This document shows positions 11,658 to 24,800 of a stretch of 64,000 nt of DNA, piece after piece (within the stretch, counting starts at the first letter, position 1; every line of letters starts with the position of its first letter). The translations under genes were made by a program, and so were the position numbers. This stretch comes from Azolla caroliniana (Eukaryota; Plantae; Polypodiophyta). Under the pieces are notes generated by a model. The model made no database searches, was not told the DNA's origin, and saw nothing but the letters and a program-made list of their open reading frames with translations. The stretch spans positions 16,058,001 through 16,122,000 of the forward strand of contig JBHGNT010000015.1 of the NCBI GenBank assembly GCA_043228905.1, read 5' to 3'.

Positions 11658-11870
11658 GAGAAGTTTCCCACTATTCACTCTCATGTCCAACACCTAGAAG
11701 CTCTAAAACAACCCTAAAATAAAGATGAAGGAATAAAACCCTAAAAGAGAAGTTTCCCACTATTCACTCTCATGTCCAACACCTAGAAACTCTAAAACAA
11801 CCCTAAAATAAATATGAAGGATTAAAACCCTAAAAGAGAAGTTTCCCACTATTCACTCTCATGTCCAAAC
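11658..11870. repeat. 89-bp tandem repeat, ~2.4 copies, with telobox-like AAACCCTAAAA motifs
   Basis: GAGAAGTTTCCCACTATTCACTCTCATGTCCAA recurs at 11658, 11747 and 11836. Confidence 0.9.
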
Positions 11871-13340
11871 CCCATATGGAGCATTATGAGTTTTTCAATT
11901 TATCAAACAATCTCTATAATGCACCACCTTCATTCGCGATGTTGATGTATGGAGCGTTTCATTTGGTATTAAGAGAATTTTGGTTGATTTTGTGGATGAT
12001 ACTCCCGTCTTCAACAAAACAAACACATAAGTCATTCAAGTATTGCGTTTGGAATTTTAATGGACCACATATGTATGTCAATGATAAAAAAACATTATTG
12101 GGTCAAGATGTTAGATAATAGTTAGGCCGCATAATATTTGTTGTACAAGTAAGGTTGGATCCGTCAAAGGTTTGTGTAATCAAGAGTAGTTAGCACAAAG
12201 TAATGTGTCAAAGTTGAGATTTTTTTAGGGATTCTAAGGTTTCACCCAAATACATTCTCTCTTTAGTTGTGCCTTCGACAAAATCTATTGAATTCAAATG
12301 TGGTTTATGATTGGGCTCTTGCTATGCAACAAACATTTGATTAATTGAAGAAAGTTGTCATATCAGCACATGTTGAAAGTGGTTGACTCACAATTATCAA
12401 ACATCTAGGAAATTGATATTAGTGATGTATTTGTAAGGGTCATGACTCATCTTTATTCAATAGACAAACAACTTTTGACAACAAGAATCACTTTACATCA
12501 AGAAAGAAGTGGGCCATATATAAGCTAGACTTGTATGCAATCATTTCATGCAATATTCAAGACACAATGTCAATACCTATACAATGCTTAATCAAGGTTT
12601 TGTTTGATAATACCACTTTGAAGAACTTTTGTACTCAATTGGAGCTCTAGGGTTGCAAAGGTAGATGGATGCAAGTCCTATAGGAGTTCCATATAGAAAT
12701 TGAGTATTGTAGAGGGAAAGATAACGTAGTGGTGGAAGTTCTTTCTAGACTTGTGTACTAGATAAGTTTTAGTATAATGAAAGTGATAGTCACATGCTAT
12801 ACAAGAAAATAGGCTCGTTTATTCAGAATAAGTAATCCATGGCTAGCCACATTGAGAATTCAAGTCAAACTAGTTCTTCCATCAAACAGCCACCTCAAAG
12901 TTCTCTGTAGTGTTGCTATGTGTTTGCATCAAGACACATTGTCTAGCATTCAATGGCTAAATTTCCCCCATTTGAGTTAAATTATGGAGTTCAACTAGCT
13001 TGCCCATTTTCAATACTATTGAGTAGTCATAATCAAGTGTGTCACTCTACTTGAAGGATATGGGAGACATGTTGGACATGCCTAAGAGAATTATTCAATC
13101 TGTTATAGAAAGAGTGATGTGTTTTGCTAGCAAAAGCATACTCCAAAATACTTTGACATGGTAGAATGTGTATTTTGTTGGTTACTCTTTGCACTAGTTC
13201 TATCATTAAACCACCTAAACTATCGTCTAGTTTTTGAGGTTCATGTATGATCGTCAAGAAGATAGGAGAGGTTGCTTATAAGCTCGATTTACTAGCAAGA
13301 AGTGTATCCAACCTTTATTTCATGTTGGTCCTCTAATACT
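11871..13340 (+). mobile_element. Highly degenerate Ty3/gypsy pol relic (RT, RNase H, integrase C-terminus)
   Basis: HYEF..NAP.SF..LM resembles gypsy GHYEF..MPFGL.NAP; IEY.RGKDNVV.EVLSRL (~12700) matches the RH end; KKIGEVAYKLDL (~13260) matches the integrase tail. Confidence 0.7.
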
Positions 13341-15969
13341 TGGAGTCTAAGCTTGTTTCTTGTACTATAAATGATCATTTTGGAAAAAGAAATCCAAAAT
13401 CTCCCAAATTTGAGCAAATATGAATTAACAAAAGGGCCAAGGCAACTAATGATACCTAGAATTTTCTACTAAAAGAACTTATATTTTCTTTGTGCGACTA
13501 AGGTGTATAGGACAACACATTATCATTATTATTTCAGTTTATGTAAATGGCTTCTTGGGGGATGCCAAAGGTGTAAATCAAAGACTAGAAAAGCATTTTT
13601 TATATTGTTACGAACATGGAAATTCCACATGCCACACCATCTTATGCATTTAAGCACAAATAAACCTTCTTTGTGCCTAATAGTCAATCATTATTATTCA
13701 TGTTGTTTTGGAAGTTTTGGGCTAGTCTTTATTCCTATCGGGAGCTTTGACCTATACTAGTTTAATGATTATGAATATAATACATTTGGTTGACTTCTAT
13801 AACACCACTAGTGACCACCCATAAGTATGATAAAGCAAGCCATGGGATGTGTCAGGTACTCAATACAAGAGGCTTTTAGGTCGAGTCTCCCCATAACACC
13901 ATGGTTTTTGTCTCATTAGGAATGTAATACAATGTAAGGATGAGGATACATACACAACTTCACACTACAACGTTGAAGGTTTATCAATAAACATTTTCAC
14001 ATGTGACTTTTTCCACCTCAAATTAGTCATATGGACATGGATTAGTCACATCATAATAGATGCATTAACAAATGTGAATACATCTACTTTCATAGATTGT
14101 TCCTAGGGCAAGTTGCATCTTAACAACATGGAAATGTCATGAGCACACTAATGTGAGCATCATAACCCATGATATCAAAAGACACATGGTCGTGGGTCTA
14201 TCATTTTGGTGAGAAAGATTCTTTTGTGGCTATTTGTATTATCAACACCAACCATTCTATCATTTGCTCCTTTATTAAATGTACAATGAATCTATATGGG
14301 GATGCATGAATGAGTCAATGTAGAAATTTGACATCGTGAGATCAAGTTGGTGTTCAATCTTGCCCACATCTAAACTATAACTTTACCTTAGCTTTCTATA
14401 TTGTCGCAATGGACACGTGATATTTTTTGTGTTATGAATGGTCCCGTTTAGATAATACACACAAAAAAACAATCAAACTTGTCGATGATTGCAAAAATCA
14501 CTAAGGTAACACACCAATAGAACTTGAATAAGTTGCATTAGTAAACTTCTATCACTTGTATTGTTCCTATGCCAAGTGGTAAAATAATGTCTACATGAGA
14601 TGATACATGACAAATAAAAAGTATGTGAGGCCGTGGAGTCAAAATAGACTAATGTAATGGAGAAGCCTATTAAAAAAGGAGGGGATGCACATTCGTTGTA
14701 AGATAAGGTAAAGTTGTATACATGACATACATAATCAAGACACACAGAGTTACAAGTGCACTCTAGATTAATGTCTATTTGATAGCGCTGAATAGAGGGA
14801 TTGGCACAACACATGGAAGAAGAAAATGCAAAGCTATGTCAATGTCAATCTCTTGCACTCAAAGGAATCTTGAACTCTGCATTTGTCTAGCAACTCTCAT
14901 ATTTGAGCCTACACACTATTGAAACATAACCAATAGCGACATTTGTATCTTTTCTCTAGGGAAAAAAGAAAAGAACCATGAGATATGCGTAAGTTTAGGA
15001 TATGTCACAATGAAAAGAACACACATGCCATAGTGAAAACATATACATTGCTAGAAAGTGAAAAGGACTAGCCTATAGTGGCCCTACATAAGCAAGATAT
15101 GACCATGAACTTAATGTCACCTCATTGATGGGTACGTGCTTTGAAAATGCACCTCTATACATTTGTAAAGAGATCAACTTGGCTTATGACATTTCAGCCA
15201 GCTTCCCAAAAACCCAACCATTTATACAATTTGGACACACAAGTGGGTGACTAGAAAACCTCTTAGCCCTATTATTATTGCTTGGTCTCGATCTATTGTA
15301 TTTGTACATGAAAGACTATCCTCCACATTCGTGTGTTTGTACAAAAAAAATGTCTTATTTTAACCTCAATCAACACTTACCAAAGAGGTTGTCTGTGTGT
15401 GTCAGACTTTTTGTTAACAATGATTTTGTTTCATGTCAACGTGATTTCTTGTTAATGCACTTAAAAATATGGTAACGTGGTGGGAGATCCAGGAAACCTG
15501 ATACCTCATGTAGGTGGTGGTGGTGGTGGTGAATCTTGTCATTGAAAAGTCGTATACAAACCTCTAAATTCTATGACTTTACACGTTCGTGATAAGTGAG
15601 AGTGACATGATGTTACTAGGGACTCAAAGAGGGGGGTGGGGATAACCACAACGCATATCGTGTCTCTCATTGTCTCTTATAGGCTTAAAAAGTCTATTAG
15701 CTTCACATGTCAGTGACCAGGAGGAAGGGAGGAGGGCGCGAACGTGGTAGCACGTAAGTCTACGCATAGGTTGTAACTTCTAGGGGTGTATGTGTGCAAA
15801 AGGCAATGGTAGAGACACCACACTACGAATCCAATTACAAAAACAAGAAGAGGAGGAAGTGAGGAGAGGGTATGTGGAATAGGATTCATTCCAAAACACC
15901 TAGCAAGCTATGATACTTATGCAAGATAGTTAGCATTGGCATAAAGTCTCTCTCTCTCTCTCTCTCTCT

Positions 15970-16050
15970 TTGTTGTAAACCAATTGTCTCATGGGCCAAT
16001 TTTGGCCTTAGAAGACGTTATATTTCTTTCTTTCTTTTGTTCTTTCTTTC
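15970..16050 (+). repeat. Dispersed retroposon-like 3' tail (stem-loop plus (TTTC)n)
   Basis: TTGTAAACCA(A/T)TTGTCTCATGGGCCAATTTTGGCCTTAGAAGACGTTA is nearly identical to 58987-59053. Confidence 0.7.
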
Positions 16051-16052
16051 TT

Positions 16053-16089
<37 letters not shown>

Positions 16090-16512
16090 AATAATGGCTT
16101 TCATAACGAAAGAAAAAACACCACCACGACTAACTTACTACAAAGCATAGAACCCTTCTATTTATCTAGGGATCTAAAGATTACCACGACTCCAAATCAA
16201 TGCCACCCTACACCCCAATTCAAATGGCGAATATGATGATATGTCTCTCTCTCTCTCTCTCTCATGCTAACACCCCCCCCCCCCCCCTCCTCAAAGAGTC
16301 TGGCCTTGCCCAAGAAAGACACATGACTCATACACAATCATATTGGTATGGCCCACTAGTACAAAACAAAGAAATTGGGAGAGTAACAAAAGTAAGTGTT
16401 TGTGTGTGTATGCATTCATCTCCCTTCCCTTGTACAATTGTGTGTGTTTGGTTATATATATATCCATATATGCATATGTATGTAAGAAATGTATGTACTA
16501 TCAAGTATCAAG

Positions 16513-16952
16513 CATAGTACGTAAAATACTCGAATGCATTGGCAAACATTCTTTTTCATTCGAATGCAAACGAATTCGTATGTTATCAAAACATTCTTAT
16601 GTTTTTTTTTTTTTACACTTTTTACCTTAATTTTCTCGCCTTTAAAAAAAAAAATTACTTATAATAAATAATGAACACAAAAAGTATGGTATTTACCCTA
16701 CTTGGAGGGGGTTTACCATACGCGAATTATTAAAAACATTCTCGAATGCGAATGAACCCAGCGTGCCCATTTCACCATGTTTTATCCGAAAGAGCTCCAC
16801 ATATTCATGTCCGAGCCAATGCTCAGACCATAGTATGAAGGATATGGACCATTCTTGCATTCGCGCTCGCGAATATTCTCATCATTCGCGTAAGAAAACC
16901 ATTCTCGAATGCGAATGAGAATTCGCGTATGGTGCGTATGGTTCATACTATA
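16513..16952. mobile_element. Putative hAT-like MITE(s) with CATAG-type ends and CGAAT-rich subterminal repeats
   Basis: CATAGTA starts at 16513 and 16829; TTCATACTAT end at ~16951; many ATTCG/CGAAT motifs shared with 41767-42372 and 58340-58861; no clear TSD. Confidence 0.5.
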
Positions 16953-17052
16953 TGATGCATGTATGTATCATATATGTATCATGTATGTATTCATATTTAT
17001 TTAGTTATTTAGTTATTTATCTATACATATATGATCTCTCACCTTGCCCTGT

Positions 17053-17103
<51 letters not shown>

Positions 17104-17291
17104 CCTTTTCCTTGTATGTATTTCCCATGTATTTCCCACATGATCATTTTGTGTTGGCCCTTTCCCATGATTTTCCCCTCATTAATCCCTTCTTAATTCC
17201 CTCCCTTTCAACATTTACTTAAACCCTAATCTCTTCTGCACTTCCCCTGCTTTGTGTGTTTGCTTCATTGGAGTTTGTTGGATCTTAAAGC

Positions 17292-17460
17292 ATGTATCCT
17301 GAGGTTATATCTAGTGATTTTGGCCTCTTCTCCCCTGTCTTCTCCACCGATTCCCCCCTCCTCACTGAGCAGCTCCATGGCTTGACTGAATTTGAAGAGC
17401 TTCCCAAAGACATCTTCCTGGTAAACTCACCACAACACATATCTAATATGTACATCTATG

Positions 17461-17492
<32 letters not shown>

Positions 17493-17512
17493 TATATGTA
17501 TGTATGTATGTA

Positions 17513-17545
<33 letters not shown>

Positions 17546-19685
17546 ATACATAAATCTTACTTCTAATCCCTCTATCTGTTCTTCCTTTTTTTGCTAAATC
17601 TCTTTAGAAACCCTAATATTTGAATTTGATGAGGTTGGCTTCACTTCAATCCATTTTTTCATCTCGCCTCTTCTTTTTCTTCTTTGTGTATGTGTGTGTG
17701 TGTTTAAATTCTGTAGAGCAATGAAGCAGAGGAGATTGCAGAGCTGGACACCAAAGAGGCTCTCAAGCCATTGCTACCAGTTCATAATGATGGCGATGAT
17801 GATGATGATGATGATGGTGATGGCGATGGCGATGGCGATGGGGTTAAGGCGATGGAGATGGAGATGATGGATGCATATGTGAGCAATATGAGCATGGGAT
17901 TGATCACAACCTTAATAGGGCACGGTGATGGTAATGCCAAGAATCATGTACACAACAATGCTAATCTGAGGTCAGGACATCCAACCAGTATCAATGGCAG
18001 CATGCTGAGCCCACCACATTTAGCAGGCCATCATCATCCGCTTCCGCCCCTCTCGCCACGATTCATTCCAAGCAGCAATGGCCCGATACCTAGCCCCAAT
18101 TCGGCCAAACCCGTCGCAACCTCGATTCTCAATGCCTTCTGCCCAACCAACACCAACATGATGCCGATTCCTCCACCAGCAAACCATTGTACCGACAAGA
18201 ATGCCCTCGTGGCGGACATAAGCTTCGCGGATCATGATGCATGCCATACCATACCGGACATAAGCTTCGCGGAGCATGATGCATGCCGTACCATCCCGGA
18301 CATAAGCTTCACGGATCATGATGCATGCCGTACCATCCCAGACATAAGCTTCGCGGAGCATGATGCATGCCGTACCATCCTGGACATAAGCTTCACGGAT
18401 CATGATGCGTGCCGTACCGCCCCGAGACTGCTGCTGCCCCCACTCGGGGGAGACGCAGCCGCATCACCGATTTGCTGCTCCCCCGTGATGATGATGATGA
18501 TGCAGCGAAGAAGCCATAGCAGCCACGACTTGGGCCGGCTCATGAGAGCCTCTTACCCCACTAACCACTATGATAACCACAATTGGATGGATGCATCCAT
18601 GTCCATCCCCACCCCTTACATAATACATGAGCTGAACATTAATGCCATGGGCACTCAACAAACTTGCCCAGTGGGAAGGAATCTTATGGATTCCGATCCG
18701 AGCCCCCGTGTCGGGCCAGCCTCCCGATTGCCATCGGAGCAGAATCTAGCTCCACGGAGCAATGATTCTTCGTCGGACCGGCTCATCACAAGGTTCAGTG
18801 GGGTTCCATCGATGAGACGGGTGCATAGCGCCGGCGACATTGAGGCGGTAAATAAGGTTTTAGATTTTTCTTGTTGGCTTAGGATGGCTTAAAAGTTAGA
18901 ATGACGACATATATTGAACTAATTTGTTGGAGGAATGATGGTGGGCATGGCCTAGTAGGTATTATTGGCCCAGTTATATGGTGGGGGTAATAATGCATTA
19001 CCGATGGAGCGAGGTAGTTGTAGCCCGACGAGGGCCGGAACCGAAGAAGTCTCGGTTACCATGGGGCCGCGAATTGCCGGGCATTGCACCCAAGAGGAGA
19101 GGAAGGAGAAGCTCTATCGGTATCGGCTAAAGCGCAACGAGCGAAACTTCACCAAGAAGATCAAGGTATGCCATTTTTACACATACATATCTCCACTAGC
19201 CACTTAGAGCTCTCTATACTATATAGTGCCTACCTGCAAGTTATGTACATATATATATATCCCATGCATCATTGTTTTTTTTTTTGAATCAGTATGCATG
19301 CCGAAAGAGCCTAGCCGATAGCCGGCCTCGTATACGTGGAAGATTTGCAAGGACCGATGAACCCGAGGAGGAGCCGACCGTATCATGCGGTAAGAAGCAT
19401 GCAGCTAGTGGACACATCACATTGGCCGAAGATTGCCGGAATAGTTGTACGAGCCAGCATACCGGCCCTAGCGGTTTTCTCTCGGTAAGTGACTAGGTAG
19501 AGAGTTATAAAGAGCTCTTTTCATTCTCTTAAAACAAGGAAATATTTCGGGGACGGATCGTAATGTGTGTGGAATTGATGTGCGCCGCATTCATCGAATA
19601 ATATTAGAAGGAGGTGTCGGCATTCACGAGCTATACCATGGCGAACAATGCCAATCCTCGATTTTGGATGAATGTTGCCATATAA
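17292..19685 (+). CDS. CCT-domain protein, CCT motif family (CMF; no B-box or pseudo-receiver)
   Basis: In-phase GT-AG exons 17292-17420, 17717-18847, 18959(or 18974)-19165, 19293-19484 and a possible last exon 19608-19685; otherwise the stop is at 19496. Motifs MRRVHSAGDI and EERKEKLYRYRLKRNERNFTKKIK|YACRKSLADSRPRIRGRFAR. Confidence 0.88.
18215..18424 (+). repeat. Coding minisatellite, 5 x 42 bp (DISF[AT][DE]HDAC[HR]T[IA][PL])
   Basis: Five in-frame copies of GACATAAGCTTC(G/A)CGGA(T/G)CATGATGC(A/G)TGCC..ACC. Confidence 0.95.
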
Positions 19686-20972
19686 GCATTAGAATGAAAT
19701 GATCGTGAATGTAGTAATTATGCTGCTAACCTACACTCAAATGTTGAGGAAAGGAAAGGAAAGTGCCATCCTTCGTGACCCAAAGCCAACTTACACACAA
19801 CTTCGATATTGATGGCGAAAGGGCTCGGAAATTTTGCTACGAGTGGATCCCAATGTCCTTCACCTAATGTTATGTAACTATGTGAATATAGAGCATGAGG
19901 CTATAATACCTATGATGTATCATGTATGTATAGGGCAAAAGTGATCCATCCACATCTTGTTCATATCAAAGACTCTATACTAGAGGGTTCATGTGTTATC
20001 ATCCTAGTATTGGTTGGCTTTTCCTATGATTCCTAGAGGTATGAAAGCAGCCAGCCAACAAAATATTTAGTATTTATCAATAAAGGTGATATTTTACGCT
20101 CGAGTCAACATGCTTATGATTATGAGATTCTATAGTGAGGGTAGTTCATGTGATAAAAGCAACATAGGGGTGTCTCCACATATTAGATGTATTAATGTCC
20201 ACATTGTGTATATGTTTATAAAAGCAATAAGAATGAGTTCGCATGTATATGCGATAAAAGCATTACTGAATATGGGTGACGCACCATATGCAAACCTATC
20301 GTAATTTATGAGAAATATGGTGAATCAATTTCAATCATCAACTTTTGCACTTCTCGCATACCCTTGGCAATGAATAAAGCAACTAAATATCTTGGCTATC
20401 ATGACCTCCTTTTTAACCATCTCACAATATTGTCAATTCACATTCCTTTATCTTATATGAATTCGGCATCTAGGGAGTGTCATATTCTTGCATTGACCTT
20501 CTTTTGGATGCATGAATGTAGCACATGTGATAATCTTGATAATAACTCATGTCCTAATGTATAATGCGCACAATGAAGGTCACGAATATATATTCTTTTG
20601 TTAATGTATAATGAAGGAAACCAAGCCTACAACACATTTCTCTTGACCTAGGTATGTACATGTTCTTCGTTACTGTACAATGCTAATCCCTTCTCTTGAG
20701 CATTAGAAGTTCTTAAATAGTCTAACAACTTAGGATATGACCGGCCAAATGAAAAAGATGATGAGCAAATCAATGATGAAGAGTTGAGTTACAAAATAGG
20801 GAGTAGCTATCAAGCTAAGGGACATAGTTGAATGAAAGCAAGGACTGGCATTTCTTGGTTCCACTTTTGAAATAGATAAAAATATCACAATCCCAAGAGG
20901 AAGAAAATTTTGCCACTCATGAATAGGTGTAGTGTAATCCATGACCACAAATCATTGTTCTAGAACAATCAA

Positions 20973-21285
20973 GGGAAAAGTACCAGGATACCCCTAGAAG
21001 TTTGCCTATTTACCAGAATGCCCCTGGAAGTTCCAAATTTACCAAACTACCCCTATGTAAAAAAAAATACACTTTATAAAGTAATTATACACTCAAATCT
21101 ACAAGCCCTATTTACCAGAATACCCTCTAAACACAAATTTCTTTACTTAAGAGATTCTTTGGGTCCTTTGTACTTACTTTATAAAGTGTATTTTTTTGGA
21201 CATAGGGGTAGTTTGGTAAATTTGGAACTTCCAGGGGCATTCTAGTAAATAGACGAACTTCCAGGGGTATCCTGGTACTTTTCCC
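20973..21285. mobile_element. Mutator-like foldback MITE, copy 1
   Basis: ~110-bp TIRs GGGAAAAGTACCAGGATACCCC ... GGGGTATCCTGGTACTTTTCCC; TSD degenerate. Confidence 0.85.
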
Positions 21286-21463
21286 AAAATTAATTCAAAT
21301 CATTGGAAGATCCCGTTACCATATCACCACCTTTAGAAACATATGCATCAAGGGGAACCAAACCAATCAAAGGTAGTTGCATTTCTACTACCATTGGAGG
21401 GGCAACATGTAAGTTGGTACAATCAATTCTCACCAAATTACTTGACAAGACACATTTTATCAA

Positions 21464-21805
21464 GGGAAAAGTACCAGGATACCCCTGAAAGTTCGTCTAT
21501 TTACCATAATGCTCCTGGAAGTTCCAAATTTACCAAACTACCCCTATGTCCAAAAACTTACACTTTATAAAGTAATTATAGACTCAAATCTTTGGCAAAT
21601 AGGGCTAGTTCGGGTCCATTTCTTCCATCTTTGGTAAATAGGGCTTGTAGATTTGAGTGTATAATTACTTTATAAAGTGTATTTTTTGGACATAGGGGCA
21701 GTTTGGTAAATTTGGAACTTCCAGGGGCATTCTGGTAAATAAACGAACTTCTAGGGGCATTCTGGTAAATAGATGAACTTCCAGGGGTATCCTGGTACTT
21801 TTCCC
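21464..21805. mobile_element. Mutator-like foldback MITE, copy 2
   Basis: Same TIRs; perfect 9-bp TSD TTTTATCAA at 21455-21463 and 21806-21814; extra ~30-bp subrepeat in the right arm. Confidence 0.93.
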
Positions 21806-24800
21806 TTTTATCAATGCACTTCAAAACATAATGTTTGTAGTCATTATGCAATCCAGTCGAGACCAACAAAAAACTACAATGCAATTGCACACGTTAACAA
21901 TTTGGTCCCTATATTTATACGGTACGACACCTATGGCCACGAAGCCACAACTTACCCATTTCAGTTTGGTTTAGGTTTAAAACTTGGTAAATGGTTCAGC
22001 TTGTCTTAGGGGATCCAAGGTTTAGTTCGGTTTAGTTTGAGCATTTATCAACTTAATGGTTGAAGGTTTATCTAGACGGAGACCATGACTTGGGGGATCC
22101 TCTTTAAGGGGACTTTATAAATTATGTATTATCCATTATAAAAGTTTTTAACTTTCAACCCTAACAATTCATTTAAGTTCTTTCTTTTGAGTTTAAAAAA
22201 AAGCCTTTTAACATTTTGGTCAAACCAAAATTGAACCATGAAATCGCAACTTAAGCCCTTAACGGTTTGTAGTTATCAGAAGGTTTTTAGTTTGAGATTA
22301 AAAATCATTCAAATGGTTTTGTGGTCCAATTTGAGTTTGATACTCCCAAACTTGATTAGGGCATTGCCAATATCTAATTTAAGATGGAATGATAAATAAT
22401 TTCTCATAAAGGTAGAGTTCCTAACTATCTTATTGAGGCAAGGAACTAAATGGAATGCCACAAATAAACTCTTTGCAACTCAAACAAAGACACAACGGAA
22501 CTATATGTGACTACCATCACACTTACTAAAAGCTTGCACAAGAATAAGAATGAATACTAGACACAAGGTGGAGGCATTTGAGGAAGGATTCATATAAGGC
22601 AGAGAGAGAATCTCTTCCATAGCCCAGTAATGTCATTATGGTGTCATCTTTATTTGATGAAAGATTGTTACATCATTATATATATTACACTCTGGCAGGA
22701 CTAATGGGTTTATTGATCGCCCAATATGAAGAGACCATGGTGATTTGGGGAAACTTAATTGCCCTCTCTTTATTGGCATTGATTCTATATGCAACTCAGA
22801 GAGAAGAACAAGTATATATTGGGCATTTGTGTGAGCATTGTAGAATTAGGAAGGAGATATATGATGGTAATTGCCTTAGTATTAGTGGTAAATGTCATAT
22901 TGAAAATCAATAAAGATGGTGTTAAGTGAAGGAATTTTTTACATTAGTGGATGTCGTTCTACAAAAATGTGTATTGGGATCTCTATTGAAAGTTGCATAA
23001 AAGGGAAGCAATGCGATGATGTAATCATGTGAATGAATCTCAAGGGCACAATAATAACAAAGTTCATTCATCTATTTATTGGTACAGTGGTGACGTCATG
23101 TCCAATTGGTCTTTTTAATGTGATTAAATTTTATAAGCCACATGACATGCACTACCAGTCTTTTAAGTATATACAATATATTTATTGGACGAAGATAATA
23201 ATGCGAGCTATAAGGAGAAAATGGAAGTAGGCAATATGAATAATAGTGGTAGGAAGGACACTAAACCTATATACAAGTGAGGGTAGATTGTATCGTACAA
23301 GTTGAAGTGAGAGATAAAAGTCCTCTCTATATATGTATGTATAGTAAAGTACATCATGCCATGCATCATTGTGAAGTTTTTACAATAACTTAATGTGCCC
23401 GTTAACCACCATTGTGACCATTAGAATGAAACTAAGCTTTCAAGTCATTTGTTGTGCACCACCCAAACAAGCCTAGTGTCAACCTTTCCAAATTACAAAA
23501 ATCCGAATGATTTCTCAAAAATGATTCACTTTTCGTACAAAGAAACACAATCTCAACGAGGCACAATAAATGCCCTTTAAGGCATTGTAAACGTTTTTCG
23601 TGCCTCTATTGGAACTCGAGGATAATCTTACCCCAATTCTGTCAAACTCACGATTTCAACTTTGCAATTACCTTTCTTACACTTACTGATAGAAAAAATG
23701 AAACAAATATTGTGTAGTTGCCTCGACATAATTCATTAAAGTAGGTCTTTTTGGATGGGTCTTGTTGCTATTAATCTTGTATACAAAAAACCTTGAAGTC
23801 AGCTCGAACCTAAGGATTCTTTAATTCGATCTACGAATGAGATGATGCTTGATACGTCACTGAGTTCGTTAACGGAGGAAGTGGGGGAGGGTTTCTGTCA
23901 TTCCCGTTCGCTATCTCAACATCAGTCGATTATTACAAGTTATATGCACGAAAAGCAAAGATGTTGCATGGAGAAACGGAGTGTAAATAAATCTAAACAT
24001 AAAATGGCCATAAAACGCAAAAAGAGAAGGCATAAGTTCTTCTTCTTTTCTGCGCTAATCCTTGAAGCTTCTCCCCTCATATCAAGACTAAGTGTAGTTT
24101 TTTAGTATAATGGAATCTTCCCAAGAATGCATATCATGCATTCAAACATTTTTACATTTCAAGGGCAGAAAACACTATTCAAAAATCAAATCATTTCGTT
24201 TGTGTCCCAAAGAATGAAATTACTATGATGTTGTCAATAATTTGGAATGTAAAATGTATGTGTGTACACGTATCAAATTATTTCAAAGTCTTTTAACCGC
24301 ACATTAATATGTGTGCATTTTGGTAAGGTAGTGCTATGATGTTTCTAGTAAACATTACACATTCTTTAAGCAATTATTCCATTAATCTTACATTGAACCT
24401 CTTGTAAAAATCATTGTCCTCAGAATCCAACTTTACAATGTATCTTGTTAAGGTGCAAGTAGAACTCTAATGTAGCCAGATTTAGGGGATGGTTTAACAT
24501 AGCTTGATTTGTATGTAAAAAAAAGCTCAATCTTGCAAATACAGAAGGGTGACGATTGCTTCATTACCATGGCAAATTTGAAGCCTTGATTTAAAACTTG
24601 TATAGAGAGTATGGTTAATTGTAAATTTAAATTTAGTGAGAGTAGGTTCAATTGTAGCAAGTAATTCGCCAAAATTCCAAAAAATAGCATGATGTGTGAA
24701 ATTTAACACTATAGGGGCAGCCCTATGAGTCATGGGTTGTTCGGCCCCTCTTTACTTTAACAAGAGTTGAGGACATTTTCATGTCATGTGATTGTGGGCC

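Noticed and set aside
13900-15200. Possible Mutator transposase (SWIM-like CxC) or copia relic
   Set aside because: The motifs are too weak to support by eye; needs TBLASTX or an HMM search.
18215-18424. CRISPR array interpretation of the 42-bp repeats
   Set aside because: The units are contiguous with no unique spacers and lie in frame within an exon.
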